Shown here piece by piece: positions 19,380 through 29,821 of a DNA stretch of 64,000 bases (positions are counted from its first letter, which is position 1; each line of letters starts with the position of its first letter). The notes under the pieces are model-generated. The model searched no databases and was not told the DNA's origin. It saw only the letters and a list, made by a program, of their open reading frames with translations. The stretch covers positions 782,177 to 846,176 of the forward strand of contig CAWFFN010000008.1 in NCBI GenBank assembly GCA_963815115.1, in the 5' to 3' direction. The position numbers were made by a program, and so were the translations under genes. The stretch is from an uncultured delta proteobacterium. Its GTDB lineage: Bacteria; Desulfobacterota; Binatia; DP-6.

Positions 19380-19614
19380 CGCCACGACTCCGGATCGTCC
19401 GTCGCCATCGGCGGGCGCAAGCGACGTGCGATGAGTGACGGCACCGGAGGCGCGGGCGAGCCAAGGGGCGATTAGTGTACCGTCCAGATCGCATCAACAT
19501 TATCGCGCTCGAACGGACCAAACCCGCCCGCGTGCTCACCGGCTCGCCCCATCGGGATCGTGATCTCGACTCGACCGAGGTGTACTTGCGCCACGCACGC
19601 CGAACGCGTGGCCG

Positions 19615-19968
19615 GCGACGCGACGAGCGTCGCGGACGCGATGCGCGCCATCGCCGCCCTCGGCCTCCAGGTGGCCCCCACACGGAGGTCGATGCACCGA
19701 CCTTCCCCGACACCCCGGACCGCCTCGCCGAGCAGGCCCGGCGGGTCCGCGCGCTCGTGGAGGCGTGCCTCGGGGTGCGACGCTGCACGGACCTGATCTT
19801 TTGGGACCGCAGGACGCGGAGTCCTGGTTGAACACCTTGTTCCAGCGGGACGACCTCGCGCCGACCCTGTTCGACGCGGCGCTCGCGCCGAAACCGGTCT
19901 ACGTCGCCGTGCGGAATGCGCTCTCGACGGCTACGGCGACGAGCAGGACGAGCGGCGAGAAACGATAG
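19615..19968 (+). pseudogene. GH10 endo-1,4-beta-xylanase C-terminal fragment
   Basis: MRAIAALGLQVA.TEVD (nucleophile region), QARRVRALVEACL...CTDLIFW, SWL, LFDAALAPKPVY; several frameshifts. Confidence 0.6.
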
Positions 19969-20266
19969 ACCCGAGCCGTGCCGCCATCCAGCGCGCGTCC
20001 CGCTGATCCGGTGTCAGCCCCCGGCCGAGTACTCCCACCGGCGTTGGGTTCTCGCGCTGGTGACAGCGGCGATCACAACCCGATCCTGCTATGGATGCGT
20101 GGACGCCGTCGTCGCCGTCGAGGGTGCCCCGGATGCCGCGCCGCCACCCGGCGCAAGCAGCGGGGCCGTACTACAAGCTACGGGCTAGCGACCGTCACAG
20201 TCCACGTGGCATAAACCGCGGCCGCCGGTCGTTGCCTGTGGTCACACACCGATGAGGGAGGCCCCG

Positions 20267-21187
20267 ATGTCCAAGGCTGTGAGGTTCGACGAGTACGGCG
20301 GGATCGACGTGCTCAAGGTCGTCGAAGTGGACCGTCCGGCGCCGCAGGCGGGGCAGGTCCTCGTCCAGGTCAAGGCGGCTGGCATCAATCCCGGCGAGGC
20401 ATACATCCGGCAGGGCGTGTTCGCGCAGTGGTGGCCGGCGACGTTCCCATCCGGGCAGGGCAGCGACTTCGCCGGTGTCGTGGCCGAACTCGGCACCGGC
20501 GTCACGGGTTTCGCGGTGGGCGACGAGGTCCTGGGGTTCACCCACAAGCGTGCGAGCCAGGCCGAGTTCGTCGTCGCCGAAGCGACCGACCTCGTGCGCA
20601 AGCCCGGGAACGTCTCCTGGGAGCAGGCAGGTTCTCTCTTCGTGGCCGGCACCACGGCCTATGCGGCGGTTCGCGCCGTGTCTTTGTCCGAAGGGGACAC
20701 TGTCGCCGTATCGGGTGCCGCTGGTGGCGTGGGTTCGCTCGTCGTGCAGCTGGCCGTCAACGCGGGCGCGAAGGTGATCGGCCTTGCCGGCGAGGCCAAC
20801 CAGGCGTGGCTCGCCGAGCACGGCGTGATCCCCGTGCTCTACGGCGAGGGTGTGCTCGACCGGATCCGGGAGGCCGCCGGCGGTCAGGTCGACGCGTTCA
20901 TCGACACCTTCGGTGCCGACTATGTCGAGATCGCTCTGGAACTGGGGGTCAAGCCCGAGCGGATCGACACCATCATCAACTTCGCGGCGGCGGAGAAGTA
21001 CGGCGTCAAGATCGAGGGCAACATGGACGCCGCGAGCGCCGAGGTGCTGGCGGAGCTGACCGGGTTGGTCAGCGCCGGCAAGCTCGACGTCGTGGTCGCC
21101 AAGGTCTACCCGCTGGAGCAGGTCCAGGACGCCTACCGCGAGTTGGAGCAGCGCCACACCCGGGGCAAGATCGTGCTGCGGCCCTGA
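20267..21187 (+). CDS. NADP-dependent medium-chain dehydrogenase / quinone oxidoreductase
   Basis: VLVQVKAAGINPGE, GSDFAGVV, VSGAAGGVGS, HTRGKIVL; RBS GGAGG. Confidence 0.9.
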   Translation: MSKAVRFDEYGGIDVLKVVEVDRPAPQAGQVLVQVKAAGINPGEAYIRQGVFAQWWPATFPSGQGSDFAGVVAELGTGVTGFAVGDEVLGFTHKRASQAEFVVAEATDLVRKPGNVSWEQAGSLFVAGTTAYAAVRAVSLSEGDTVAVSGAAGGVGSLVVQLAVNAGAKVIGLAGEANQAWLAEHGVIPVLYGEGVLDRIREAAGGQVDAFIDTFGADYVEIALELGVKPERIDTIINFAAAEKYGVKIEGNMDAASAEVLAELTGLVSAGKLDVVVAKVYPLEQVQDAYRELEQRHTRGKIVLRP

Positions 21188-21196
21188 TTCACCTGA

Positions 21197-21327
21197 CACC
21201 ACTTCGACCGCTTGAGCACCGACCCCCTCACCCGCTACCACACCCGCCGGCTCGCTGCCCTCGGCTACGCCGTCACACTCACTCCCCGTGCCGCCTGAGC
21301 CGACCCAATCCCGTTTCCGTAGGATCG
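21197..21327 (+). mobile_element. IS110-family extreme 3' remnant
   Basis: HFDRL...TRYHTRRLAALGYAVTLTPRAA then stop and TTTCCGTAGGATCG; homologous to about 4030-4156. Confidence 0.7.
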
Positions 21328-21886
21328 GCGCAGGGTGCCGAAGACGGCTCGCAGCACGTCCGCCTGCGGGTTCTCGAACGCCGGCACGCGGTCGTGCGGC
21401 AGGCAGGCCAGGCGGTAGAGGGCGCGATAGAGGACGTTGGTCGCTGGCCGGCAGGATCCAGCCCGACCGGCGATCGTGCCGACTATCGGTCGCTGCTCGA
21501 TCACGGGCGTGGATTCACGCTCGACAGCCGGCCGGGCGGCGCTACGTTCGCGGTTGCCGGAGAGGAGTGACGCGATGGGGAGGAACGGCATCGACGGTGC
21601 GATGCACCGGCCGGCTTGGCCCGGCAGCGCGCGCATTTGCCGTCCCAGAGAACGTGGTGGCCGAGTGGGTGTCGCGCGGCCGCGGGACGCATCCGACGCG
21701 GCCGGCGACGCGCGAGTATGCGGAGTTTGCGCACGCAACAAAACGGCGAGGGCGAGTGGGAAACGGCCATGCTCGCGCGCAATCACCGCGGCGGCTGACG
21801 CGAAAGCGGAGCACTGGACAGCGGCCGCCTGGTCGCTGGAGCGCCTCCCTCTCCAGGATCGGAGACGACCGAGACGGCAGAGAGGA

Positions 21887-22582
21887 CTACAGCCGTACCG
21901 TGTACTCCATGCCGTCTCCGAGGAACAACGTCACCGAGAGGAAGCCGTTGATGGGATCCTGCACGTACGCGACGTAGGGTGCGAGGGCCCACCGAAACGT
22001 GAAGATATTGTCGGCCAGCACCACGGCACCCTGCCGCAGACCAGGCGTGAGTATCTTGAGGATCGAGAGGTAGAGCTGCTTGAAGCCGTCGAGGAGCACC
22101 ATGTCGACCGTCCCACCAGGATCCTTCAGGGTATGCTGCGCGTCCCCTTCGCGGATATCGACGAAGGTGCTCAGGCCGGCCTCCTCGAGGTTGCGGCGCG
22201 CGGTCGCGACCTTTCCGGGTTCGAGTTCGGAGCCCACGACGACACCGCCGCCGTTATCGCGCACCGCCGCGGCCAGGTAGGTCGTCGAGATGCCAAAGGA
22301 GGTGCCGAACTCGACAATGCGTTGAGCGCGCAAGGAACGCGCGACGAGATACAGGAGCCGGCCCTGCTTTGGCGACACGGGCACGTAGAGATCCTTGAGA
22401 CGCTCCACCTCCTCCGCCACGGACGGTTGGTGGCCACGGAGCTTGTCGCCGACGAACGATCCCAGCAGACGGACCAAGCTCAGGGTTTGCTTGCCCGCGT
22501 CCTCGTGCAGGCGATCGAGCACCCTCCGGACGCGCGGGTCGGCGATCGCGCACGGCGCACGGCTCGACGAGTCCTGTGTCAT
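21887..22582 (-). CDS. O-methyltransferase (class I SAM-dependent)
   Basis: PVSPKQGRLLYLVAR...IVEFGTSFGIST...REGDA...DMVLLDG...VLADN. Confidence 0.9.
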   Translation of the reverse strand: MTQDSSSRAPCAIADPRVRRVLDRLHEDAGKQTLSLVRLLGSFVGDKLRGHQPSVAEEVERLKDLYVPVSPKQGRLLYLVARSLRAQRIVEFGTSFGISTTYLAAAVRDNGGGVVVGSELEPGKVATARRNLEEAGLSTFVDIREGDAQHTLKDPGGTVDMVLLDGFKQLYLSILKILTPGLRQGAVVLADNIFTFRWALAPYVAYVQDPINGFLSVTLFLGDGMEYTVRL

Positions 22583-22659
22583 CTGACGTGGGCTGACCGG
22601 CAGATACACGGGGGGTGTCGCCGTCGCAAGACCCGATGAGATCCGGCGCTCATCGAGAG

Positions 22660-23739
22660 TCAATACCTCCGCATCACCTGCTCGGCGAATTCCTTGAACA
22701 CCGTGCGCGCCACGGCCATCGGCGCCATCAGGCCGACCTCCTTCAGGCCGCCCCTCTCGGCCTCGCGGATGCGGGCGACGAGCTCGTCCGGCTCACCGAC
22801 GAGCGTGGAGGCGCGAATCGTCGTCTCGTTCACGAAGCGGCGCTCCTCGGGTATGAGGAACGTACAGTGGCCGTTGTGCAGCTGCAGGTAGCGCTTCTCC
22901 CTCGGGGTCTCCATCTTCTCGACGTAGTCGCAGTACTCTCGCCAGACGCCCTCGAAGCCGTGCGGGATTGCCGCCTCGTTCTTGGTGAGCTTGACGATCT
23001 CGTACGCGAAATGCAGCCCGGCAGCGACTTGTGAGCCGCATTGCTCGACCACGCGGTCCGAGTCGGCCTTTTCCCCGGGGCGCAGCACGACCGCCGAGGT
23101 CAGCGTGGCCGTGTGAAAGTCCTTCGGCAGCACGCGGCCGACGCGCTTCGCTCCTTCGGCGATGCCGGTCAGGTGCGAGGCCAGTACCTGTGGGATCTCG
23201 TTCCCGACCGAGACGAGGCCGTCCCCGAACTCGCCGACCGCGCGCAGCGCCAACGGACCGTTGGCCGCCAGGTAGAGCGGGATCGGATGGATGAGATCGA
23301 GAAAACCGAGGTCCTGGTGGAGGAAACGGATCGTGCGTGTCACCCCGTTCAGCGTGTACTCGACCTCCTCGCCGGTAAGCAGCGCGCGCACGACGCGGAG
23401 GTATTCGCGGAAATCGCGGATCTTCATCGGGTCCATGCCCATCACGCGCATGGCGGTGTGGCCAGTGCCGATGCCGAGAAAGACGCGGCCCGGGGCGATC
23501 CGGTTGATCGACGCAATCGAGTGAGCGGTTACCGGCGCGATGCGCGTGCCGGGGATGGCCACGCCGGTGCCGAGTTTGATGCGCTGGGTATTGTGCGCTG
23601 CGAGCGCGAGGGTGGCGTAGCAATCCGACCAGATCATCTGCGAGTCGGGGATCCAGGCGCGGTCGTAGCCGAGATTCTCGGCGTATTGGATCAGCTGCCA
23701 GTCGTCGATCCTGGTGGCGACGAAGACGCCGAACTCCAT
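22660..23739 (-). CDS. LLM-class flavin/F420-dependent oxidoreductase
   Basis: AENLGYDRAWIPDSQ, IKLGTGV, APGRVFLGIGTG, YLAANGPLALRAVGEFGDG. Confidence 0.9.
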   Translation of the reverse strand: MEFGVFVATRIDDWQLIQYAENLGYDRAWIPDSQMIWSDCYATLALAAHNTQRIKLGTGVAIPGTRIAPVTAHSIASINRIAPGRVFLGIGTGHTAMRVMGMDPMKIRDFREYLRVVRALLTGEEVEYTLNGVTRTIRFLHQDLGFLDLIHPIPLYLAANGPLALRAVGEFGDGLVSVGNEIPQVLASHLTGIAEGAKRVGRVLPKDFHTATLTSAVVLRPGEKADSDRVVEQCGSQVAAGLHFAYEIVKLTKNEAAIPHGFEGVWREYCDYVEKMETPREKRYLQLHNGHCTFLIPEERRFVNETTIRASTLVGEPDELVARIREAERGGLKEVGLMAPMAVARTVFKEFAEQVMRRY

Positions 23740-24114
23740 CCTTGACCCCCGCTCATGGGCTCGCTCCGGAGAGCGGCGGATCACTCGTAGCGCAGTGTCG
23801 GGATCGGGTCGAGCCGCGAGGCCAACGCGGTCAGGCTCCCATCAGAGGCACAAGCACGAGCCCGGAGACGGCCGAGGGGAGAACGCCCGAGATCGAGCAC
23901 CGGCGAGGCGGGCGAGCGCTGCGGCTCACGCCCCCTGATCTGCACGTTTGCGGCGACACCGTGGGCGCCCGGCGGAACAGCCTGCGTGGTGCTGGACGGC
24001 GGCCTGCACGGGCGGACGACGCCGCAGCCGAGCATGCCTGTTTCAAGCCGACCGCTGCCGAGGACGAACGTGGAGTTGCACTGCGCGCGCGGGTTGGCGT
24101 ACTCGTGGTCGCCG

Positions 24115-25353
24115 ATGAGCGTCGTCGCATTTCGCGACTGCACTCTGCTCGACTGCACCGGCGCCGAACCGGCCGGGCGTTCGACGGTGGTCGTCGAAGG
24201 AGATAGGATCGCCCGCGTCGTGCGCGGTGGCGAACCCGAGCTGACGCGCGACGCGGAGCGCATCGAATGCGGCGGGCGGACGCTCATGCCGGGTCTCACC
24301 GACTCCCACGTCCACTGCGCCATCATCGAGACGGATCCTGGCAAGGCGCGTCGCGACTCTCCAGCGACGGCGGCGCTGCGCATCAAGGACGTGCTCGAGC
24401 AGACGCTCGACGCCGGCTTCACCACCGTCCGTGACGCCTTCGGCATCGACTGGGGCTTTGCCCAGGCGATAGAGCGCGGGCTTCTTCGCGGTCCGCGTGT
24501 GCTCTTCGTCGGTCCGTGTCTGTCACAGACCGGTGGGCACGGCGACTGGCGCGAGCCGCACCAGAACCAGGTCCCCGTGGAGGGGACAGATGGTCTCTTC
24601 GCGGCGCCTCGCATCTGCGACTCGCCCGACGAGATGCGCCGCGCCGCGCGCGAGATCCTGCGCACTGGCGCACACGGGATCAAGATCATGGGCGGCGGCG
24701 GGTGCATGTCGCCCACCGACGAGCTGGAGCAGACGCAGTTCACCATCGAGGAGATGGCGGCCGCCGCCTACGAAGCGACGGCGCGGCAGAAGATCACCCT
24801 CGCCCACGTCTACACACCACGGAGCATCATGAACGCGGTGAAGGCCGGCGTCCGCAGCATCGAGCACGCGAACTTCCTTGACGAGGAATCGGCTGCGGCG
24901 ATGAAGAACGCCGACGCCTTCTTCGTGCCCACGCTCACGACCTACGAGCTGATCAGCGCCTTTGGTGAGTCGCAGGGTGTGCCAGCCAACATGCTCGCCA
25001 AGATCAACAAGGCCAAGGCCGGCGGGTTGCGCTCGCTCGAAGTCGCGCGGGCAGCGGGGTTGCAGATCTGCTCGGGCTCCGATGTCCTCGCTTCGATGCA
25101 ACCGTTCAAAGCGATGGAGCTGTCCCTCAAGGCCACGGCCCTCGGGACACACGAGGCGATCCTCTCGGCGACGCGAACCAACGCTCGCCTGTTCGGGCTC
25201 GCCGATCGCATCGGAACCGTCGAAGAGGGGAAACTCGCCGATCTGATCCTCGTGAACGGCCAGCCGCTCGATGACGTCGCCCTGCTCCAGGATGCCGACC
25301 GGGTGCACGTTGTCATGCGCGAAGGGCAGATCTACAAGAGAAGGCAGGCTTGA
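24115..25353 (+). CDS. Metal-dependent amidohydrolase (Xaa-Pro dipeptidase-like)
   Basis: MPGLTDSHVH, AGFTTVRDA, SQTGGHGD, IKIMGGGG, AHVY, SIEHA, GSD, GTVEEGKLADL. Confidence 0.9.
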   Translation: MSVVAFRDCTLLDCTGAEPAGRSTVVVEGDRIARVVRGGEPELTRDAERIECGGRTLMPGLTDSHVHCAIIETDPGKARRDSPATAALRIKDVLEQTLDAGFTTVRDAFGIDWGFAQAIERGLLRGPRVLFVGPCLSQTGGHGDWREPHQNQVPVEGTDGLFAAPRICDSPDEMRRAAREILRTGAHGIKIMGGGGCMSPTDELEQTQFTIEEMAAAAYEATARQKITLAHVYTPRSIMNAVKAGVRSIEHANFLDEESAAAMKNADAFFVPTLTTYELISAFGESQGVPANMLAKINKAKAGGLRSLEVARAAGLQICSGSDVLASMQPFKAMELSLKATALGTHEAILSATRTNARLFGLADRIGTVEEGKLADLILVNGQPLDDVALLQDADRVHVVMREGQIYKRRQA

Positions 25354-25417
25354 ACTTTTCAGGATGAGAGTCGGCGCGGTCCCGGTGACCAGCTAACTGG
25401 CGTTTTGCAGCGGGCGG

Positions 25418-26140
25418 TCAGCCACGCGGGACAACGTAGAACGCGACGACGACATAGTGTGCGACCGCTGCTGCGATCACGAGCGCATGGAACACCTCGT
25501 GATAGCCGAACACTTCGGGCGCGGGGTCCGGACGTCTGAGGGCGTAGACTGCGGCACCCGCCGAGTAGAACACGCCGCCCAGCACGATCAGGCCGGTGGC
25601 CGTCGCGCCGAGCTGCGAGACGAGCTCGGGGAAGGCCACGACGGCTACCCAGCCGAGCGAGATGTACACGATGGCGCTGAACCATTTCGGGGCGTCGATC
25701 CAGACCATGTTCAGCGCCATTCCCAGGAGCGCCCCGCCCCACACCACGGCGAGTACGACGAGCGCGAGCGTCCCCGGGAGTACCAGTACGCCGAACGGTG
25801 TGTACGTGCCGGCGATCAGCAGGAAGATCATCGAGTGGTCGAGCCGCCGCATCCACCGACGTACGGGAACCGACCACGTCACTTCATTGTAGAGCGCGCT
25901 TACGCCGAATAGTGCCGAGAGGCTGAGGGCATAGACCATCGCTGCGGCGACGGCCCTCTTGGTGGGGGCTACGAGGATCAGAGCGACGCCCGTAAACAGG
26001 GAGGCGAAGAAGGCCCATCGGTGCGATACGCCTCGAAGCCGCGGCTTCACGAGCCGCGGCTGGCCGCCGATGGGCTCGGGGGCTTCAGGGTCACTCGCTG
26101 CGCGGCTCGGGAGAGGCCGGAAGTAGTGCGAGCCCTTCAC
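25418..26140 (-). CDS. Hemolysin III / PAQR family membrane protein
   Basis: KPRLRGVSH, RRLDHSMIFLLIAGTYTP, YISLGW, FGYHEVFH. Confidence 0.9.
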   Translation of the reverse strand: MKGSHYFRPLPSRAASDPEAPEPIGGQPRLVKPRLRGVSHRWAFFASLFTGVALILVAPTKRAVAAAMVYALSLSALFGVSALYNEVTWSVPVRRWMRRLDHSMIFLLIAGTYTPFGVLVLPGTLALVVLAVVWGGALLGMALNMVWIDAPKWFSAIVYISLGWVAVVAFPELVSQLGATATGLIVLGGVFYSAGAAVYALRRPDPAPEVFGYHEVFHALVIAAAVAHYVVVAFYVVPRG

Positions 26141-26419
26141 CTCGATGCTCGACTGACGCGTATCACGTCGTTCTTCGCGGTAGGGCGAGCCTCTGCGCGA
26201 ACGAGGAAGAGGCTCGCCGCACGAGGAGAGCGGCAGGAAGTCGAGGCATGAAAGCGCCTCCTATGGCATCACTTCTGCGCTTCGCAATCCGGTCGGTATC
26301 CGAAGGGCCAGCGGCCGATATCCCATTGACGAGGTCGTGAGCCCCGGCGCGTAGCTTGGCCGGTGTCGACGCGCCGGCCGAACTCGCCGGCGTGCAAGTG
26401 AGCGTGAGCATGCTTGTTG

Positions 26420-26680
26420 ATGGCGTTGCGCTCACGCCTCAAGCATCGCCGCGGTCCGATGAAGGCCATCGTCGCGGTGGCCACCTCCATGCTCACGGCC
26501 GGCTACTACATGCTGCGCGACGACCAAGAGTATCACGACCTCGGGGCCGCCCGCTTCCAGCGCGGTGACCACGACCGCCTCGTCGCCGTGCTCACCCGCC
26601 GCCTCCACCACCTCGGCTACGAGGTCATCCCCCCCGCCCCACCGCATGACGCCGCGTACGGAGCGAGTTGCTTGGTAGCC
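26420..26680 (+). mobile_element. IS110-family transposase C-terminal remnant
   Basis: RLKHRRGPMKAIVAVATSMLTAGYYMLRDDQEYHDLGA...LTRRLHHLGYEV. Confidence 0.75.
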
Positions 26681-26711
26681 CACCGCCCTTCCGTAACGAC
26701 GGGAGCCTGAG

Positions 26712-26927
26712 AGGAACAGCCGCAAGGTCCGCAGGCTGTTCCGCGATCTCTGGAGCAATGAGGACGCCGGCACGAACCGCGTCGCGGCGAGCGTGATGCA
26801 GGGCGAGCAGGTGTGGCTCGAGGCAGGGGCCATGGACATCGGCCTCACGCCGGAGGCCTTCAAGACGCGCTCGCTACTGGCGCAGCGTCGGGAGAGTTCC
26901 GAGAGAGCGGCCGCGGACGCGTCGTGA
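26712..26927 (+). pseudogene. Acyl-CoA dehydrogenase-like C-terminal fragment
   Basis: RKVRRLFRDLWSNEDAGTNRVAASVMQGEQVWLEAG, stop at 26927. Confidence 0.4.
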
Positions 26928-27035
26928 CACCTCTACTACCAGGGCCTCGACGCGGACCAGGCCGCCCACGTCGAGGTACCTCCGTCACGCTCGCCGACGA
27001 CGAATCACGAAGCGGAGGTGAGCCCGGCGGGCAAT

Positions 27036-27284
27036 GCGTCGGAACGTACACTGGCCACATCCGGTCTCGGCATCGGGGGTACCGACAGCGGTAGAGGCAC
27101 TGGAGGTCGGTCTCTGCTACCACGCTGCTACCACTCTGCCCCAAACCAGGACGCACGAGGCGAAAGTGTGGTCAGTCGGGATCCTCGGTTTTCTGCTGGG
27201 ATAGCTCTTCCTCGTGCGGCGGAGTTTCGCGCCGATCGGAGTTCGCAATCAGAGGTCGCCGGTTCGACTCCGGCGGGTGGCTCT
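27036..27284 (+). repeat. Island-end module copy 2 ending in tRNA-Thr 3' half (probable att scar 27242..27284)
   Basis: Homologous to 13422..13653; ends TTCGCAATCAGAGGTCGCCGGTTCGACTCCGGCGGGTGGCTCT. Confidence 0.85.
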
Positions 27285-27314
27285 CCGATTGGCAAATGAT
27301 TTCGATGGTCTTGG

Positions 27315-27760
27315 GACGGCGAGGTCACGATCGGCGAGTCGGGCGCCATCCTCGAGCACGTGATCGAGCGCCACGGCGGCGGGCGCCTGGCGCCGCCCGT
27401 CGGCTCAACCGGGCACGGTCGCTACCGCGCACTGGCTCCACTTCGCCGAAGACACGCTCTCGGTCCCGCTGTCGACCATCCTCTGGCACGCCGTCTAAAA
27501 AGGGCGACGCCGGCTGCTGACCGCAGTGGCCGACGCGAGCGAGCACGCGCACACGACGCTCGCGATCGTCGAGCAGGCGCTCGAGGGGCGCGAGTACCTC
27601 GCCGACCCGGGGTTCACGGTTCGCAGACATCATGATCGGCTGAAGGCTGATCGCGGCCCGCGTGCTCGGCGTGCTCGACGGGCGCTACCCGAACCTCATC
27701 GCCTATCTCGCGCGTCTCGGGGCGCGGCCGGTGTTTCGGCGCGCCGCCGCGGACTCAAGT
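27315..27760 (+). pseudogene. Glutathione S-transferase fragment
   Basis: DGEVTIGESGAILEHVIERHGGGRLAP...EQALEGREYL...FTVADIM...YPNLIAYLARLGARPVFRRA; frameshifts, N-terminus missing. Confidence 0.7.
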
Positions 27761-28567
27761 GTTCGCGCGGAGGAAATCCGTCACGAGCTGATGGACCCCG
27801 ACCGGGTCCTGCGCCGGATAACCGTGGCCGGCGCCGGCGACGATGTGCAGCCGAGCGCCGGGAATGCGCCGCGCCAGCACGTGCGCGTTCTCGACGGGGA
27901 TCAGCACGTCGCGGTCGCCGTGCACGATCAGCGTCGGCGCCGTGATCTCCGGAAGACGCTCGTGCGTGGTCCAGCCGAACAGGCCGGCCATCGCGTGGTG
28001 CGCCGTCTCCGGCGGCGTCGGCGGGAGCATCGGCGCCATCATCAGGAGCAGGTCGCGGATCGCCGGGTTGGCGGCGATCCACTCCGGCGTGAAGAGGAGC
28101 GGCAGCTGGCGATCGACCCACGCTTCGACATCCCCGTTGCCCATGCTCCCGACGACGTCGATGAGCGTCTCGATGATCTCGGGGTCGGCCATCGTCGAGT
28201 GCTCGCCGCCACAGAGCGTGCAGCCGAGGACGAGGGAGCGAACCCTGGTCGAATGACGCAGCACCAGCTCCTGCGCGATCATGCCGCCCATCGATACGCC
28301 GTAGACATGAGCGCGCGCGATGCCGAGATGATCGAGCAGCCCGGCAGCGTCGTTGGCCATCTGCACGATGGTGTAAGGTCCGGCCGGCCTGTCGCTCCGC
28401 CCGGTGCCGCGGTTGTCGTAGTAGATGCAGCGGAAGCCGTTCAGGAAGGGCAGGGAGCCGAGCCACGCGTCTCCTGGCATGCCATAGCCCATGATGAGCA
28501 GGAGCGGCTCGCCCTCGCCCGCTTCGTCGTAGTGGATCTTCACCCCGTCGATCGTCGTGTGCGGCAT
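27755..28567 (-). CDS. Alpha/beta hydrolase
   Basis: YDNRGTGRS, GVSMGG nucleophile elbow, HGDRDVLIP, GAGHG. Confidence 0.9.
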   Translation of the reverse strand: MPHTTIDGVKIHYDEAGEGEPLLLIMGYGMPGDAWLGSLPFLNGFRCIYYDNRGTGRSDRPAGPYTIVQMANDAAGLLDHLGIARAHVYGVSMGGMIAQELVLRHSTRVRSLVLGCTLCGGEHSTMADPEIIETLIDVVGSMGNGDVEAWVDRQLPLLFTPEWIAANPAIRDLLLMMAPMLPPTPPETAHHAMAGLFGWTTHERLPEITAPTLIVHGDRDVLIPVENAHVLARRIPGARLHIVAGAGHGYPAQDPVGVHQLVTDFLRANT

Positions 28568-28599
28568 TGTCTCCGTGCCTAGCACGACGACCGCCGGCT

Positions 28600-29782
28600 T
28601 CAAATGCCGCCGGCCCGGCCGGCACGGACCGGCAGCCGCTCGAGCCCGCGCAGGATGAGGGTTTGGCGCCACACCGGCTCGCCCGCGAGCCCGAGACGAG
28701 GGAAGCGCGCGAGCAACGCGGGAATGGCGGCGCGCGCCTCCATGCGGGAGAGCTGCGCGCCCGGGCAGAAATGGGTTCCGAGCCCGAAGCCCAAGTGGGG
28801 GTTCGGCGTGCGCGTCAGATCGAGCCGGCCGGGCGAGGTAAAGGCGGCCGGGTCGCGATTGGCCGGCCCGATGCCGAGCAGGCACGGACTCGCCCGGTCG
28901 AAGCGGCTTGCCCCGGAGCTCGCACGGCTGTGCGACGACGCGGGACACGAACTGCGGCGGGCCGTCCCAGCGCACGAGCTCCTCGACGGCGGGCACGGCG
29001 AGCGCGGGGTCCGCGCGCAGCCGCGCGAGCTCCGCCGGATGTCGCCGGAGCGCGAGCACGCCGTTCGCGATCAGGCTGACGGTCGTCTCGTGTCCCCCGA
29101 AGACGAGCACCGCGCACATGGCGACGACCTCGAGCGGCGCGAGCCGATCGCCGTCGTGCTCCGCGCGGAGCAGCCGCCGGACGAGGTCGTCGCCCGGGGT
29201 ATCCGCACGCTCCGTGACGAGCTCGAGAAAGTACGTGCCGAGCTGACGGAGGCCGCTCGCCGCGTCGTCGCTCCCGTAGAAGCGATCCATGCCGCCGGCG
29301 ATCGCACGCGAGAGCGCCTGGAACCGCCCCGATCGGCCTCGGGGACGTCGAACAGCTCGGCGATGACGCGGATCGGGAGCGCGTACGCGAAGTCGGCGAC
29401 TAGGTCGACCTCGGTCGCGCCGGTGAGGCCGGCCACGAGTTCCTCGACGATCGCGTCGATGCGCGGCGCGATCGCGCGGACACGAGGAACGAGCGCCGCG
29501 TTGAGGAGCGCTCGCACGGCGAGGCAGTTGGGCGGGTCGGACGAGATCGTGCGGAGGCTCGCCGGCGGCGCCGGCTGCGGGGCGCGCGACGCCCGGCGGC
29601 GATCGGCCGAGAATCGGTCGTCGTCGCGGAGCGCCGCCGCGACGCCGTCGTGGCGGAAGAGCACCCACGCCCGGAGCTTCTCGCTGCAGCGCACGGGGTC
29701 CGCGGCGCGCAGGATGGCGGGCAGGACGGCCGCGTTCCCGGCGCTGCTAGGGCCGCACGTCTGCCGCGATCGTCCTCGGCAT
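28600..29782 (-). CDS. Cytochrome P450 (about 3 frameshifts; sequencing error or pseudogene)
   Basis: SSDPP, DLVADFAYALPIRVIAELF, GGHETT, VEELVRWD, ANRDP, FGLGTHFCPG. Confidence 0.8.
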
Positions 29783-29821
29783 TTCGCCGATCACGAAGCC
29801 CCCCGGAGTGGAGAGAGCCGC

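Noticed and set aside
19500-19610. RDLDSTEVYLRH as a third integrase C-terminal scrap
   Set aside because: Too short and lacks a clear LGH box to support a call
27242-27284. Functional tRNA gene here, at 14599 or at 13634
   Set aside because: No canonical 5' half, D-arm or anticodon stem, and no CCA; treated as att scars
27755-29668. P450 / alpha-beta hydrolase fusion (637 aa)
   Set aside because: The P450 heme motif and stop lie in another frame ending at 28600, and the hydrolase has its own ATG at 28567
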